NCBI GenBank assembly: GCA_034226945.1
Contig: CP120459.1
Location: 434,001-498,000, forward strand
Direction of reading: 5' to 3'
Origin: Picochlorum sp. SENEW3
Taxonomy: Eukaryota
DNA: 64,000 bases
The translations under genes were made by a program, and so were the position numbers. A model generated the notes under the pieces. It worked only from the letters and a program-made list of their open reading frames with translations, did not search any database and was not told where the DNA came from. Below are positions 1-10,315 of the stretch, piece after piece (positions within the stretch are counted from its first letter, which is position 1; each line of letters begins with the position of its first letter).

Positions 1-337
1 TCTGGATCAATATGCGATCACTCAATTCGGACATGCTTTGGAGGTTATTCCAACAACCATTGCAGAAAATAGTGGCCTGGATGCCACTGATGCTATCGCA
101 GCACTGTATGCAGCCCATGCAGAGGGCCACAATAGAGATGGTTTGGATATTCTCACTGGAAAAACGAAAGATCTGGGTGAGTCTGAGTCTATCTTTGATT
201 TATACGTGGCAAAATGGTGGGGCATGAAGTTGGCTGTGGACGCTGCAACAACGGTGCTGCGTGTCGATCAAATCATCATGAGCAGGCCTGCTGGGGGACC
301 TCGTGCACCACAGGGTGGATCATTTGACGAAGATTAG
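1..337 (+). CDS. CCT8: T-complex protein 1 subunit theta, C-terminal part (5' truncated by window)
   Basis: Translation ...TIAENSGLDA...DAATTVLRVDQIIMSRPAGGP...DED matches the CCT-theta C-terminus. Confidence 0.9.
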   Translation, partial: LDQYAITQFGHALEVIPTTIAENSGLDATDAIAALYAAHAEGHNRDGLDILTGKTKDLGESESIFDLYVAKWWGMKLAVDAATTVLRVDQIIMSRPAGGPRAPQGGSFDED

Positions 338-611
338 ACGCATGGTATGCGTAGCACTTGCATGCGCCATTCACCATATAGCACCATGTAACTGAATCGG
401 TACCACAAGAAGCGCCTCCTCTGCTGAGGAGAGATGCTGCCTCCATTCGACCGCATCGAATCGTCCCCATAGACACACAGCACGGCCCACAGAAGGGCAT
501 TAAAAAATATTATATTCAAACAGGTTAAATATCCTTGCGGTCGACTACCCGTTTGGTCCTGTTTCTCAGTAACACATACAAAAGAAAGACTTTGTCGCCC
601 AATCAACAAAG

Positions 612-1765
612 ATGCCTTCCGCCGCCAAGCTTGTTGCCAAGGAGGAGGTACGCCTGTGTTCATAGTGTTATATTGGACGATATAAATGCCATGATGAGTG
701 AAACATGGCGGATACGTGGATGACTGAGACGGAGGAATGTGTGCCGCCGCTTTGCCTGCGGCACCCTTGTTCCATGAATTGGGTCCCATCCGTTGATGTA
801 GTGCATTTCTATGACAATATTCTGACGACATATTGTGCTCTATACTGCAGTATGACAGGAAGCTGTGCCATTTGATGGACACGCACACCAAGTGCTTCCT
901 TGTGCACGCTGACAACGTCGGATCCAAGCAGTTCATGCAGATCCGTGCTGCTATCCGTGACAACTCCACTGTTTTGATGGGAAAGAACACAATGGTTCGC
1001 CGTTGCATCCGATCCTACGTGGAGCGGACTGGAAATGAGCAGTGGGGAGGACTGGTGGAGCACATTGAGGGAAATGTTGGTTTGATCTTCACCCAGGGTG
1101 AGCTTACAGAAGTGAAGGACGCCATTTCAGAGTTCAAGGTTGGAGCTCCAGCAAAGGTGGGAACCGTTGCTCCAAGCAGTGTCACCATTCCAGCCGGAAA
1201 CACTGGAATGGATCCCTCTCAGACATCCTTCTTCCAGGTCCTCAACATCCCAACCAAGATTACCAAGGGTACTATTGAGATTACATCAGATATTCAGGTG
1301 GTGACTGAGGGAGAAAAGGTGGGAGCCTCCGAGGCAACACTTCTCTCCAAGCTCGGAATCAAGCCATTCTCCTACGGTCTCGTGGTGCAAAAGGTCTACG
1401 AGGATGGAGATATCTATGACGCCTCCGTGTTGGATATCACCGACGATCAGTTGAGCGATGTTATTGGTGCTGGAGTCCAGAGAATTGCCGCCCTCTGCAA
1501 GCAGACTGGAGTGCCATCTCTTGCCTCTGCTCCTCACTCCATCATCGATGGATACAAGAACCTCTTGGCCATTGCTGTCTCTACAGAATACAGCTTCCCA
1601 TTGGCTGACAAGGTTAAGGACGTACTTGCCAACCCAGAAGCATTCGCTGCTGCTGCTGCCGCCGCTGCCGCCCCTGCTGGTGGAGATGCTGCCGCTGCTG
1701 CCCCAGCTGCTGCTGAGGAGGAAGAAGAGGAAGACGAAGACATGGGCTTCTCTCTCTTTGACTAA
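612..1765 (+). CDS. RPLP0: 60S acidic ribosomal protein P0; exons 612-647 and 851-1765
   Basis: Exon 1 MPSAAKLVAKEE, intron GTACGC...TGCAG, exon 2 with DNVGSKQ, MGKNTM and acidic tail EEEEDEDMGFSLFD. Confidence 0.97.
686..831 (+). ncRNA. Candidate intronic box C/D snoRNA in RPLP0 intron
   Basis: Box C ATGATGA 691-697, D' CTGA 724-727, stem ACGGA/TCCGT enclosing a GTGCCGC/GCGGCAC hairpin, C'-like TGATGT, box D CTGA 822-825; intron is 203 nt. Confidence 0.55.
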
Positions 1766-1862
1766 TCCATTACATATATGAAGCATTCGATTGTAATAGA
1801 TTATTTACAAGTATACAGGGAAAAACTCGTAAGAGATACTGAAACAATGTACACGAAATTTG

Positions 1863-2906
1863 TCATCCTTTAATCTTTGTGGTTGAATCTACGCGATCTG
1901 TTTCTAACTTTGCAGCCGGAATAATACTAGGAACACCACGCAATGCAATCTCGCTATTTCCTCCTCCTAACCAATTTCCATTCTTCGAGCCACCACCGCA
2001 TTGTGACGCGTTCACAACATGCTTGGAAGATGAAACTCGTACCACCATCTCTTTGTCTGACAATGTGTCATCATCGTCATCTATACTGTCACCACTCGAC
2101 TGAAATAAAAGCTCAAACAATGATTTCTGTGGAGATTCTTGCCACGAAGACCTATCGCCGATACTTCCCCACGCGACAATCTGATCCAAACAATCCAGAT
2201 CGCTGGCGAGGTGCACATACACCCCTGCACATGCCATGTCAGGATTCATTGCCAACATATCCCTATCAGCGTACGCAATTGTATCCAAAACAAGCGTCAT
2301 TTCTCGTTGAAAGATAAAACTTCGCAACCCTGGAGGCGCAGGCCACATCTCCTCCCCACTGACATGACAGTAGACATGCAGTGCAGGCATGTGGCTCTTC
2401 CTGACATCGCACCACGCCACTGTCCACTCTGCCAGCACTTCATCCCGTAAAATCTTCGTATACCATCCGGAGAGTTGATCTTTATTATACTCGGACCCTA
2501 TCGACAGCGTCAAGCTTCCCGTGAGATCATTGTGTGTCAAGGTGTATCGCCTCTGAGTCAACGGATACTCATCAATACTCCATTGACTGCTGCTACTCGA
2601 CTCCATATCGGCTGACGATGTCATACTCCACTCATCATTAATTTGCTCGACAACCTTCAACTTGCGCGGATTAAAGCTCGGAGGATCCAGCAGTGCCATT
2701 CGAGCCACCTGTCTCTGTGAACTCTTCCCCTTTTGGAACACAACACTCCTCGGACGACAGCACAGATGCGTCAATCGATTGCTGCTACTACCACTGCTAC
2801 TAGCAATACTGCTACAAAAAACCGCCGATGAGGACAGGGGCCTGCCAGCCCCGTGCAACAGACAACTGTGCACAGCAGCCTCACCGCCACACAACACTCT
2901 CGACAT
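1863..2906 (-). CDS. SGR: Stay-green protein / chlorophyll Mg-dechelatase
   Basis: RRYTLTHNDLTGSLTLSIG...RDEVLAEW...LHVYCHVSG motifs; Ser/Arg-rich transit peptide. Confidence 0.92.
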   Translation of the reverse strand: MSRVLCGGEAAVHSCLLHGAGRPLSSSAVFCSSIASSSGSSSNRLTHLCCRPRSVVFQKGKSSQRQVARMALLDPPSFNPRKLKVVEQINDEWSMTSSADMESSSSSQWSIDEYPLTQRRYTLTHNDLTGSLTLSIGSEYNKDQLSGWYTKILRDEVLAEWTVAWCDVRKSHMPALHVYCHVSGEEMWPAPPGLRSFIFQREMTLVLDTIAYADRDMLAMNPDMACAGVYVHLASDLDCLDQIVAWGSIGDRSSWQESPQKSLFELLFQSSGDSIDDDDDTLSDKEMVVRVSSSKHVVNASQCGGGSKNGNWLGGGNSEIALRGVPSIIPAAKLETDRVDSTTKIKG

Positions 2907-3362
2907 GGCCCTGTCTTCTGCAAAGGCTATCTATCCAACCCTAATCAATACAATACTGATATAATCTCTCGAAATCAGGCACTACCAGGCCAGAGTGGAC
3001 CATATACACCCTCACGAGTCGTGCAGGATAAGGATGATATTCTATCCGAATGGTTGTCACAACTGCATCCCTCGCACAGATGACCCGTAAGAATCGAAAC
3101 AATAAGGTACTTTGAGGTTGTCGAGGGACGATGTCCATTCTATATTTGTATGGCTGGGGAAAGGATTTGGAAAGGATATAGGCAATGTGATCCGATCAAA
3201 CAGTCTGTTTGATGGTACATGATGATAAATGTCTGTATTGACGGAAAAGCAACGTGGGATTTGATCATGGAAACAGCACAGCATCTCGCATTCATTTTTT
3301 CCCTCTTTTCACCAGTAGTAGTAGAGCCATTTTCAATACCCAGACTGCTCTCGTTTGGAACG

Positions 3363-4109
3363 ATGAGTTTTCGTGCAGCAGCAGTTTTAGAGAAAGGACG
3401 TGTAGGGTTTTCAAGACGTCCTTTTTCTAAAACTCGTCGCGTGTGGGTGGCAGCATCACAGGCAGGCGCTGATGTCGTCAAGGTATCGTTTCGATGTGGT
3501 CCAAAGCCAGTCGATTTTGGGCAGCAGTTGGCAGTCATTTCCAACCTCTCTGACTGGACTGCAAATGACAAGGCAGTCATGTTGGAGTGGCAGGCTGGGG
3601 ATGAGTGGGCAGGGGACTGCACCATGCCAGTTGGAGATGTAGAGTTCAAGCTTGCGGCTGTTGCGCGACAGAGTGATGATACGATTGATATAGTTGAATG
3701 GGAGCAGTGTGATAATAAGGTTGCCTCCCTGTCGCACGAGGTGGATGCGTGGGGCATTCAATGCACTTGGGACTCGTCAGAGATTGACATGGAGCAGTTG
3801 GGAAAGAAAAAGAAACGCAAGAGGGCAAAACCAAAGAAGAAACTAGAGGCCGAGGATAGCAGTCCAGTCGCCCCCAGTGTCTCAGAGGAGGAGCATGCTG
3901 CGCAGGCATCTGCAGCAGAGCTGCATACCCAGGAGGATGAGCCAGAGCAGGCAGACATCCCCGCAGAGGTTGTTCAAGCTCCCATCCCTGATGCAGTGCC
4001 AAATAGCAGTACAGAGGACATGGTGGTGTACAATTTTGATGACAGTGACAATAGCAAAAGTGCAGCAGAAATGGCAAAACGAATACTGGGGGGTCAGCAG
4101 CAGCAATAA
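3363..4109 (+). CDS. Plastid protein with CBM20 starch-binding domain and acidic tail
   Basis: VDFGQQLAVI...W...LEWQAGDEW...VEFKL...VEWE pattern of CBM20 after a transit-peptide-like N-terminus. Confidence 0.75.
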   Translation: MSFRAAAVLEKGRVGFSRRPFSKTRRVWVAASQAGADVVKVSFRCGPKPVDFGQQLAVISNLSDWTANDKAVMLEWQAGDEWAGDCTMPVGDVEFKLAAVARQSDDTIDIVEWEQCDNKVASLSHEVDAWGIQCTWDSSEIDMEQLGKKKKRKRAKPKKKLEAEDSSPVAPSVSEEEHAAQASAAELHTQEDEPEQADIPAEVVQAPIPDAVPNSSTEDMVVYNFDDSDNSKSAAEMAKRILGGQQQQ

Positions 4110-4221
4110 TGCCAGTAGTTTCTTCCCTCTCTCTCTCTTCTCCATGAATACAACAATGTAATGATACATAGATACAAAAAGGAAAGGAAAACCAACAATT
4201 TCCAAATGAGTGTATAATGGT

Positions 4222-4238
4222 GGTGTTGAATAAACACC
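4222..4238 (-). promoter_or_regulatory. Histone mRNA 3' stem-loop (H4)
   Basis: Minus strand GGTGTT-TATTC-AACACC followed by ACCAT, downstream of H4 stop. Confidence 0.88.
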
Positions 4239-4308
4239 AGTGATTGTTGAAAAATGATTGTTGCGCAGCTGCTGGAGCAATACCAGGCTGCAGACGCCTC
4301 GGAGACGT

Positions 4309-4668
<360 letters not shown>

Positions 4669-4964
4669 TTATATTTGAGTGTCTGGGCAGAGGGCAGAGC
4701 CCGAGACTTGAGTAGTCCTCAGCTGGCCGAAACACTGGCCAATGTGAGGGTCCGGGGTCATGAAATTTATGTATCTGGGTATGGGGCAATAAGCAACAGC
4801 GACAGATCTGTCTTTCTAAAAGAGGGCCTGTCCGGCCTTGGTTATCGCATACCCGGATACGTGAATCCGCCCAATCGCGCCTATTTTCATGGACACGCCT
4901 TTCCACTCAAAACGGACAGTCTCCAACGCGTTTCTGACAGTATCAAATACTACTTGAATCTTAA

Positions 4965-5387
<423 letters not shown>

Positions 5388-5492
5388 TAAGCTTCTCTCT
5401 TCTTTTCTTCTGGAGCTTGTAAAGATTGACAGTCTGCTGCTGCTGGTCATGCCAGCGAGAGACTACTGACTTTGACAAATTACATTTAAACT

Positions 5493-5508
5493 GGTGTTAT
5501 TCAACACC
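5493..5508 (+). promoter_or_regulatory. Histone mRNA 3' stem-loop (H3)
   Basis: GGTGTT-ATTC-AACACC followed by ACCAT. Confidence 0.9.
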
Positions 5509-5733
5509 ACCATATTGTGATGATGGAAATATTGTTTCTTCTTTTGACAACCGTGTATGTGTCCAAGGACATGTGCGGACAGAATGATGTGCCAAAAGCA
5601 CTTGTTTTCTCCTTGCATTGTCTTTCCTCTTTACGTCTCTTGTCGATTCTATGCCCCTGTGTTATCGGTGGATTCATTCAGAAGCACACTTTCTACTTGG
5701 AAGCCCCTAGCACCCAGGCCAAGTCCATGGCAT

Positions 5734-6915
5734 CTAGCAAAGTCTGAGCTTTTCCTCACGAATACTTTTTATTTGTACTTTTAAAGACTTGGAGTCTAAT
5801 CCAAGGGTTGCTGCTTGGAAACAGTATGGCGTGTTTGGCCCCTGGCTGGATGAAGTCTCTCCAAACCAAAAGAGTTTGAAATTTGCACCATGAAAGTATT
5901 GGATTTCGGCATCCATCCATGCAGAGAAGAGCAAATCTTTAGAATCACATTCTGTTCTAATCTTTTTGTCGAAATCTCGAAAGGATGGAAGTTTCTTTGC
6001 ACATGTAGCATCAAGCTGTTCACCATACTCCAACAAACTGCTCAATTGGTTGTACGTTGCCACAGTCGATATCATCAAAGGTTCTGAATACGAATTTTTT
6101 CTTCCATTATCATCCACAGATGCTTTCTGGTCAATTTTGTCCGGATAAATGGCACCAAGAAGCCCATTCCAGGGATCAATGCCTTGCGCTAGCATGCCAT
6201 CATAGGAGAGGACGTGCACATTCTCAGCACCAAAATATGAAGAATACATTCGAAGGAGGTTTGAGTAAAATATACCCCCAACTCTCTGGTCCTGTCTTAA
6301 AAATATAGAATCCCACAGAAAATCTTGAAATCGCTTGTTCGTTTTCAAACCTTTGTGCTCCTGTGAATAATAGCTGATGAGATGGTCCAACTTTGATCGA
6401 TAAAACACTACAACTTTCACGTCAAATCCAGTCAAAAGATCTCTCAGTTTGCGAACACCATCGTCATTCAAGTTATCAAATTCTTCGGAAGAGATGAAGT
6501 AGGATTTATTCCGCTGCAAGGAATTGGAAAAGTCTGCGATAGGGTCATTGGAGCAGGCCAATCTCCTCGCATCTGCACTATTATTTTGCAATGCAAATGC
6601 TACGGATGCAAATACTTTTGCATTACATTTGCATCCTTCTCGTATAGGTACATGTAGCCCTAACGAGGCCAGGAACGTTGAATTGCTGCACATTTTAGAC
6701 TGGATGTATGTACTAGAGATTTTGTGAGACCCAATATGCAGAATAACTTCATTCCTCTGATGCTGGCCTTCTTCCTTCACAGAAGACACATCAAGTAATA
6801 ATATCCCATTCTTTCTCTCTCTCTGCATATAATAGAATAGCAGCATGAAAGATATACACGCCACAGCGACGACTTTTATAGCATAGAGACCGTGGTTATT
6901 TCTTTCCTCCGTCAT
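5734..6915 (-). CDS. Type II membrane P-loop / sulfotransferase-like protein
   Basis: N-terminal TM anchor; VILHIGSHKISSTYIQ, FISSEEF and VVVFYR...LISYYSQ resemble bacterial-type sulfotransferase-fold proteins; intronless and AT-rich. Confidence 0.65.
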   Translation of the reverse strand: MTEERNNHGLYAIKVVAVACISFMLLFYYMQRERKNGILLLDVSSVKEEGQHQRNEVILHIGSHKISSTYIQSKMCSNSTFLASLGLHVPIREGCKCNAKVFASVAFALQNNSADARRLACSNDPIADFSNSLQRNKSYFISSEEFDNLNDDGVRKLRDLLTGFDVKVVVFYRSKLDHLISYYSQEHKGLKTNKRFQDFLWDSIFLRQDQRVGGIFYSNLLRMYSSYFGAENVHVLSYDGMLAQGIDPWNGLLGAIYPDKIDQKASVDDNGRKNSYSEPLMISTVATYNQLSSLLEYGEQLDATCAKKLPSFRDFDKKIRTECDSKDLLFSAWMDAEIQYFHGANFKLFWFGETSSSQGPNTPYCFQAATLGLDSKSLKVQIKSIREEKLRLC

Positions 6916-7423
6916 GGTACCTCCAGGGTAATGCGTAGCAAACCATTAACTAAAAATATTATTGAATATTTTTATTATGAATCGATTGTATGGGCAATGC
7001 AAGACAATTTGTACTGGTAGGGGTTAAAGGCTTTGGCCTCCAATACCATGCCAGAGTCAAAGGGTCCGACTCTGGGGTATGGTGGACCGGTCGGTCTTGT
7101 TTGAATGTGTTTGACCACGTCAGTTAGCATGTTTGACCACCCCGTTTGATGCACATACGCCACACATGAGGATGCGCTGGCGATTGTAAAGAACCCTACT
7201 GATTCGATCTATTCGTAAAGGCATTCAGGAATGCGTTTCTCTCGCGACTTGCATTCCCAGAGATGCTCTGCAGCTTGCAACACTAGAAGAAAAAAAAGGA
7301 ACATTACATCCACTTCATGTACATTTGAATATTTTACAACAAGGTTTCTGATATCATGTGGGGTCATTCATTCAATGAAGCATGTGTCAAAAAGCGCACA
7401 AGTTTCCAAAAATAATACATGGT

Positions 7424-7439
7424 GGTGTTGAATAACACC
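7424..7439 (-). promoter_or_regulatory. Histone mRNA 3' stem-loop (H2A)
   Basis: Minus strand GGTGTT-ATTC-AACACC followed by ACCAT. Confidence 0.9.
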
Positions 7440-7483
7440 AGTTGATTGTTTGAATTGTTGTTGTATGCAAGCAGCAGCAGGAT

Positions 7484-7858
7484 TTACTCCTTCTTTCCAC
7501 TCTTCTTTGGGAGAAGAACAGCGTGGATGTTTGGCAACACACCTCCCTCGGCAATGGTGACACCAGCCAAGAGCTTGCTCAACTCCTCATCGTTTCTGAC
7601 AGCAAGCTGAATGTGCCTTGGCACAATTCTGGTCTTCTTGTTGTCACGAGCAGCGTTACCTGCGAGCTCGAGAACCTCAGCAGCCAAGTACTCGAGGACG
7701 GCAGCAAGGTACACTGGGGCACCAGCTCCAATTCTCTCAGCATAGCGTCCCTTCTTGAGGTATCTGGCCACACGACCAACTGGGAACTGAAGCCCAGCCT
7801 TGGCTGACTTGGTCATAGACTTCTTGCCAGAAGACTTTCCTTTTCCACGTCCAGACAT
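7484..7858 (-). CDS. H2A: Histone H2A
   Basis: MSGRGKGK...AGLQFPVGR...[12 protein letters not shown]. Confidence 0.99.
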   Translation of the reverse strand: MSGRGKGKSSGKKSMTKSAKAGLQFPVGRVARYLKKGRYAERIGAGAPVYLAAVLEYLAAEVLELAGNAARDNKKTRIVPRHIQLAVRNDEELSKLLAGVTIAEGGVLPNIHAVLLPKKSGKKE

Positions 7859-8187
7859 GATGTTGCGTTGTTTTGAGTAGTAGTTGATAGATAAACACAC
7901 ACAAGTGGTTGAGATAACTATTTTAATAGTATCCAACGGTCGGGAGTTGCAACAAATTTGTAACCAGACCTCGAGACGATCGCATGCGAACAAGGCCTCG
8001 GAGACCGGGAGTGGGGTCCAACCAGATATCTGACATATCTGGGTCTATGGTCATCCCGGGCGCTGACGCGTTCCTCCATTCCATGACCGCTCTCGGCAAT
8101 CTACCAAACTTGAGGACAGCTCGCAACCACGTCTACACAAAACAAATAATTTTGTAATCACTCAGCGAATCACAAATATCAACTACA

Positions 8188-8612
8188 ATGGCTCCAACAT
8201 CTGCTAAGAAACCAGGAAAGACCGTCAAGGACGGAAAGAAGGCCAAAAAGTCAGTGGAGAGCTACAAGCTCTACATCTTCAAGGTGCTCAAGCAGGTGCA
8301 CCCAGACACTGGAATCTCTTCCAAGGCCATGGCCATCTTGAACTCTTTCATTGCTGACCAGTTCGAGAAGATTGCCTCCCAGGCTGCTCAGGTAGGTGAA
8401 GGTTTCACATGAATGAACGACATTCTCAACTGAAAAGTCCCCTGACATACATGTATTATCTACATCTGATGCAGTTGTCTCGCGTCAACAAGAAGCCAAC
8501 CTTGACATCCCGCGAAATCCAGACCGCTGTGCGCTTGGTCCTCCCAGGAGAGCTTGCCAAGCATGCCGTGTCCGAGGGAACCAAGGCTGTGACCAAGTTC
8601 ACCTCTGCCTAA
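8188..8612 (+). CDS. H2B: Histone H2B; exons 8188-8391 and 8475-8612
   Basis: [20 protein letters not shown] joined to [21 protein letters not shown] by GTAGGT...TGCAG intron. Confidence 0.97.
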
Positions 8613-8664
8613 GCGCATTGCTGATGAGCATAACAAACCACTCTTAACAAAAAAACAATCAACT

Positions 8665-8680
8665 GGTGTTATTCAACACC
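8665..8680 (+). promoter_or_regulatory. Histone mRNA 3' stem-loop (H2B)
   Basis: GGTGTT-ATTC-AACACC followed by ACCAT. Confidence 0.9.
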
Positions 8681-8976
8681 ACCATTTGATCACATTGGAA
8701 CATCTGCCATGTATTTCGTCAAGATTGCACACTCTTGGTTGTTTGATAAAAAAAACATCAGCCAAGCTTAGTCCATCCAAACTGGACATGACCCTGAACT
8801 GATCCTGCTTGTCCTGCATAGAAATGCAACTGTAATTGATTGATATTTTTTCTGTCGCAACATATGAGGACATTTGAAAAGAAGAAGAAGAAGCTGTCCG
8901 TCTGAGCTGCTGCCAACCTGAGCATCATCATTCCATCTTTTTACCTAGAATAGCCTGATAAAGACCAATTTAGAAT

Positions 8977-10290
8977 ATGAAATTACCTCCTGGATATGTA
9001 GCAGGGCAAGGAGTGGTCAAAGGCTCAGCCTATGGCGGGTTTGGGGAGCGCATGCTCAAGTCGCTTGGTTGGGAAAAGGGCAAGGGGCTCGGGAAGGAAG
9101 AGCAAGGGATGAAGGAGGCAATCGAAGTTAAGAAGAAGGAGGATAATATAGGTGTATGTTGTTGCATGGTGCGGTGCCCAAGAGGGGATGTGTTTATGGT
9201 TGAGTTGGTTCGTGTGCAGGTGGGGGGAGGTCCCTCGACAGACTGGAAGGATGCTTGGTGGGAGGATGCGTTCAATTCTGCAGCAAAAGGTGTGAATGTT
9301 GAATGTTCATCGTCATCGTCGTCCGATGATGATTCGTCTTCTGATGATGATGATGAGGCGAATGCTGTCGGAAGGAAGAATAGGGATGGTACTCTGGCAT
9401 CTGCATCTCAGCAAGAGTTGAAACTGCTAGAAGAACTGTCGGCATCGGCAGGGCGTGTGGCGGCGGGGAGATTTGGAGGTCGGGATGCGAAGATGGAGCG
9501 CATCAGGAGGCAAGAGGCGTTGGAAGCAGAGCGGCTTGCTGCCAAGCTTGGGCTGAGAATCAAGAGGGATGAATCCCAGGATGTGGTGGAGACTCACCCG
9601 AAGAAAAAGACTCGGAATCTGGCGAGTGAAAAACTAGAAGAAAAGGGGAAGAAAAAGGACAAGGCTGGGCGGATTGTGATCGAGTGTGGGTCTGATGGCA
9701 AAGATGGTGGTCAAGAGCGTCTTCCAGAGCCAACACCACGGCACGGATGGTGGGGGTGCAATCTGTTCATTTCGGCAGGCTCGTTGGCAGGAGCTGCCTT
9801 GGAATTGCCTGTAGAGAAGAAAAAGTCTGGCTTCAGTGAAGATCAGCAGGCGCAGATTTATAATGATGCTCAGAAGGGCAAGACCAGTGGCAAAACTGGG
9901 TTGGGCAAGGGGAAACGAGGGACCATCAAGGTGGATGGAGTTGTGTGGGAGGGGAAGAAGACTACATTTGATGAAGAACCTGAAGACGCAAAGCCCCCTG
10001 AAGATCTAGAGAGGGAGGCTGATGGCAAAAGTAAGAAGAGGAAGGCCAAGAATAGGGATGTCAAGTGGAGAAAAGTCATCTCAAAAGTATTGAAGAAGAC
10101 GAAGAAGAAGGATGTAAAGCCCAACAAGGGTATCAAAATGACGTCACTACACAAAAATGTTCGGAAGATGCTCATATCGACCTACAGTATCAGCATGAGG
10201 AAAGAAGAGATCAAAGAAGGTGTAGAAAAGGCTCTACGAAAGAATAAGGGCAACTTTCTCTGTGTTGGCGAATACGTCAAATTAACATAA
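8977..10290 (+). CDS. G-patch domain protein (PinX1/GPATCH4-like); probable in-frame intron 9154-9219
   Basis: FGERMLKSLGWEKGKGLGKEEQGM G-patch, WWEDAFN motif, Lys-rich tail. Confidence 0.85.
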   Translation: MKLPPGYVAGQGVVKGSAYGGFGERMLKSLGWEKGKGLGKEEQGMKEAIEVKKKEDNIGVCCCMVRCPRGDVFMVELVRVQVGGGPSTDWKDAWWEDAFNSAAKGVNVECSSSSSSDDDSSSDDDDEANAVGRKNRDGTLASASQQELKLLEELSASAGRVAAGRFGGRDAKMERIRRQEALEAERLAAKLGLRIKRDESQDVVETHPKKKTRNLASEKLEEKGKKKDKAGRIVIECGSDGKDGGQERLPEPTPRHGWWGCNLFISAGSLAGAALELPVEKKKSGFSEDQQAQIYNDAQKGKTSGKTGLGKGKRGTIKVDGVVWEGKKTTFDEEPEDAKPPEDLEREADGKSKKRKAKNRDVKWRKVISKVLKKTKKKDVKPNKGIKMTSLHKNVRKMLISTYSISMRKEEIKEGVEKALRKNKGNFLCVGEYVKLT

Positions 10291-10315
10291 TATATATATA
10301 TATATAATTATTGTT

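Noticed and set aside
8428..8445. GAAAAGTCCCC in the H2B intron resembling RNase MRP CR-I
   Set aside because: Intron is only 83 nt and has no matching CR-V partner
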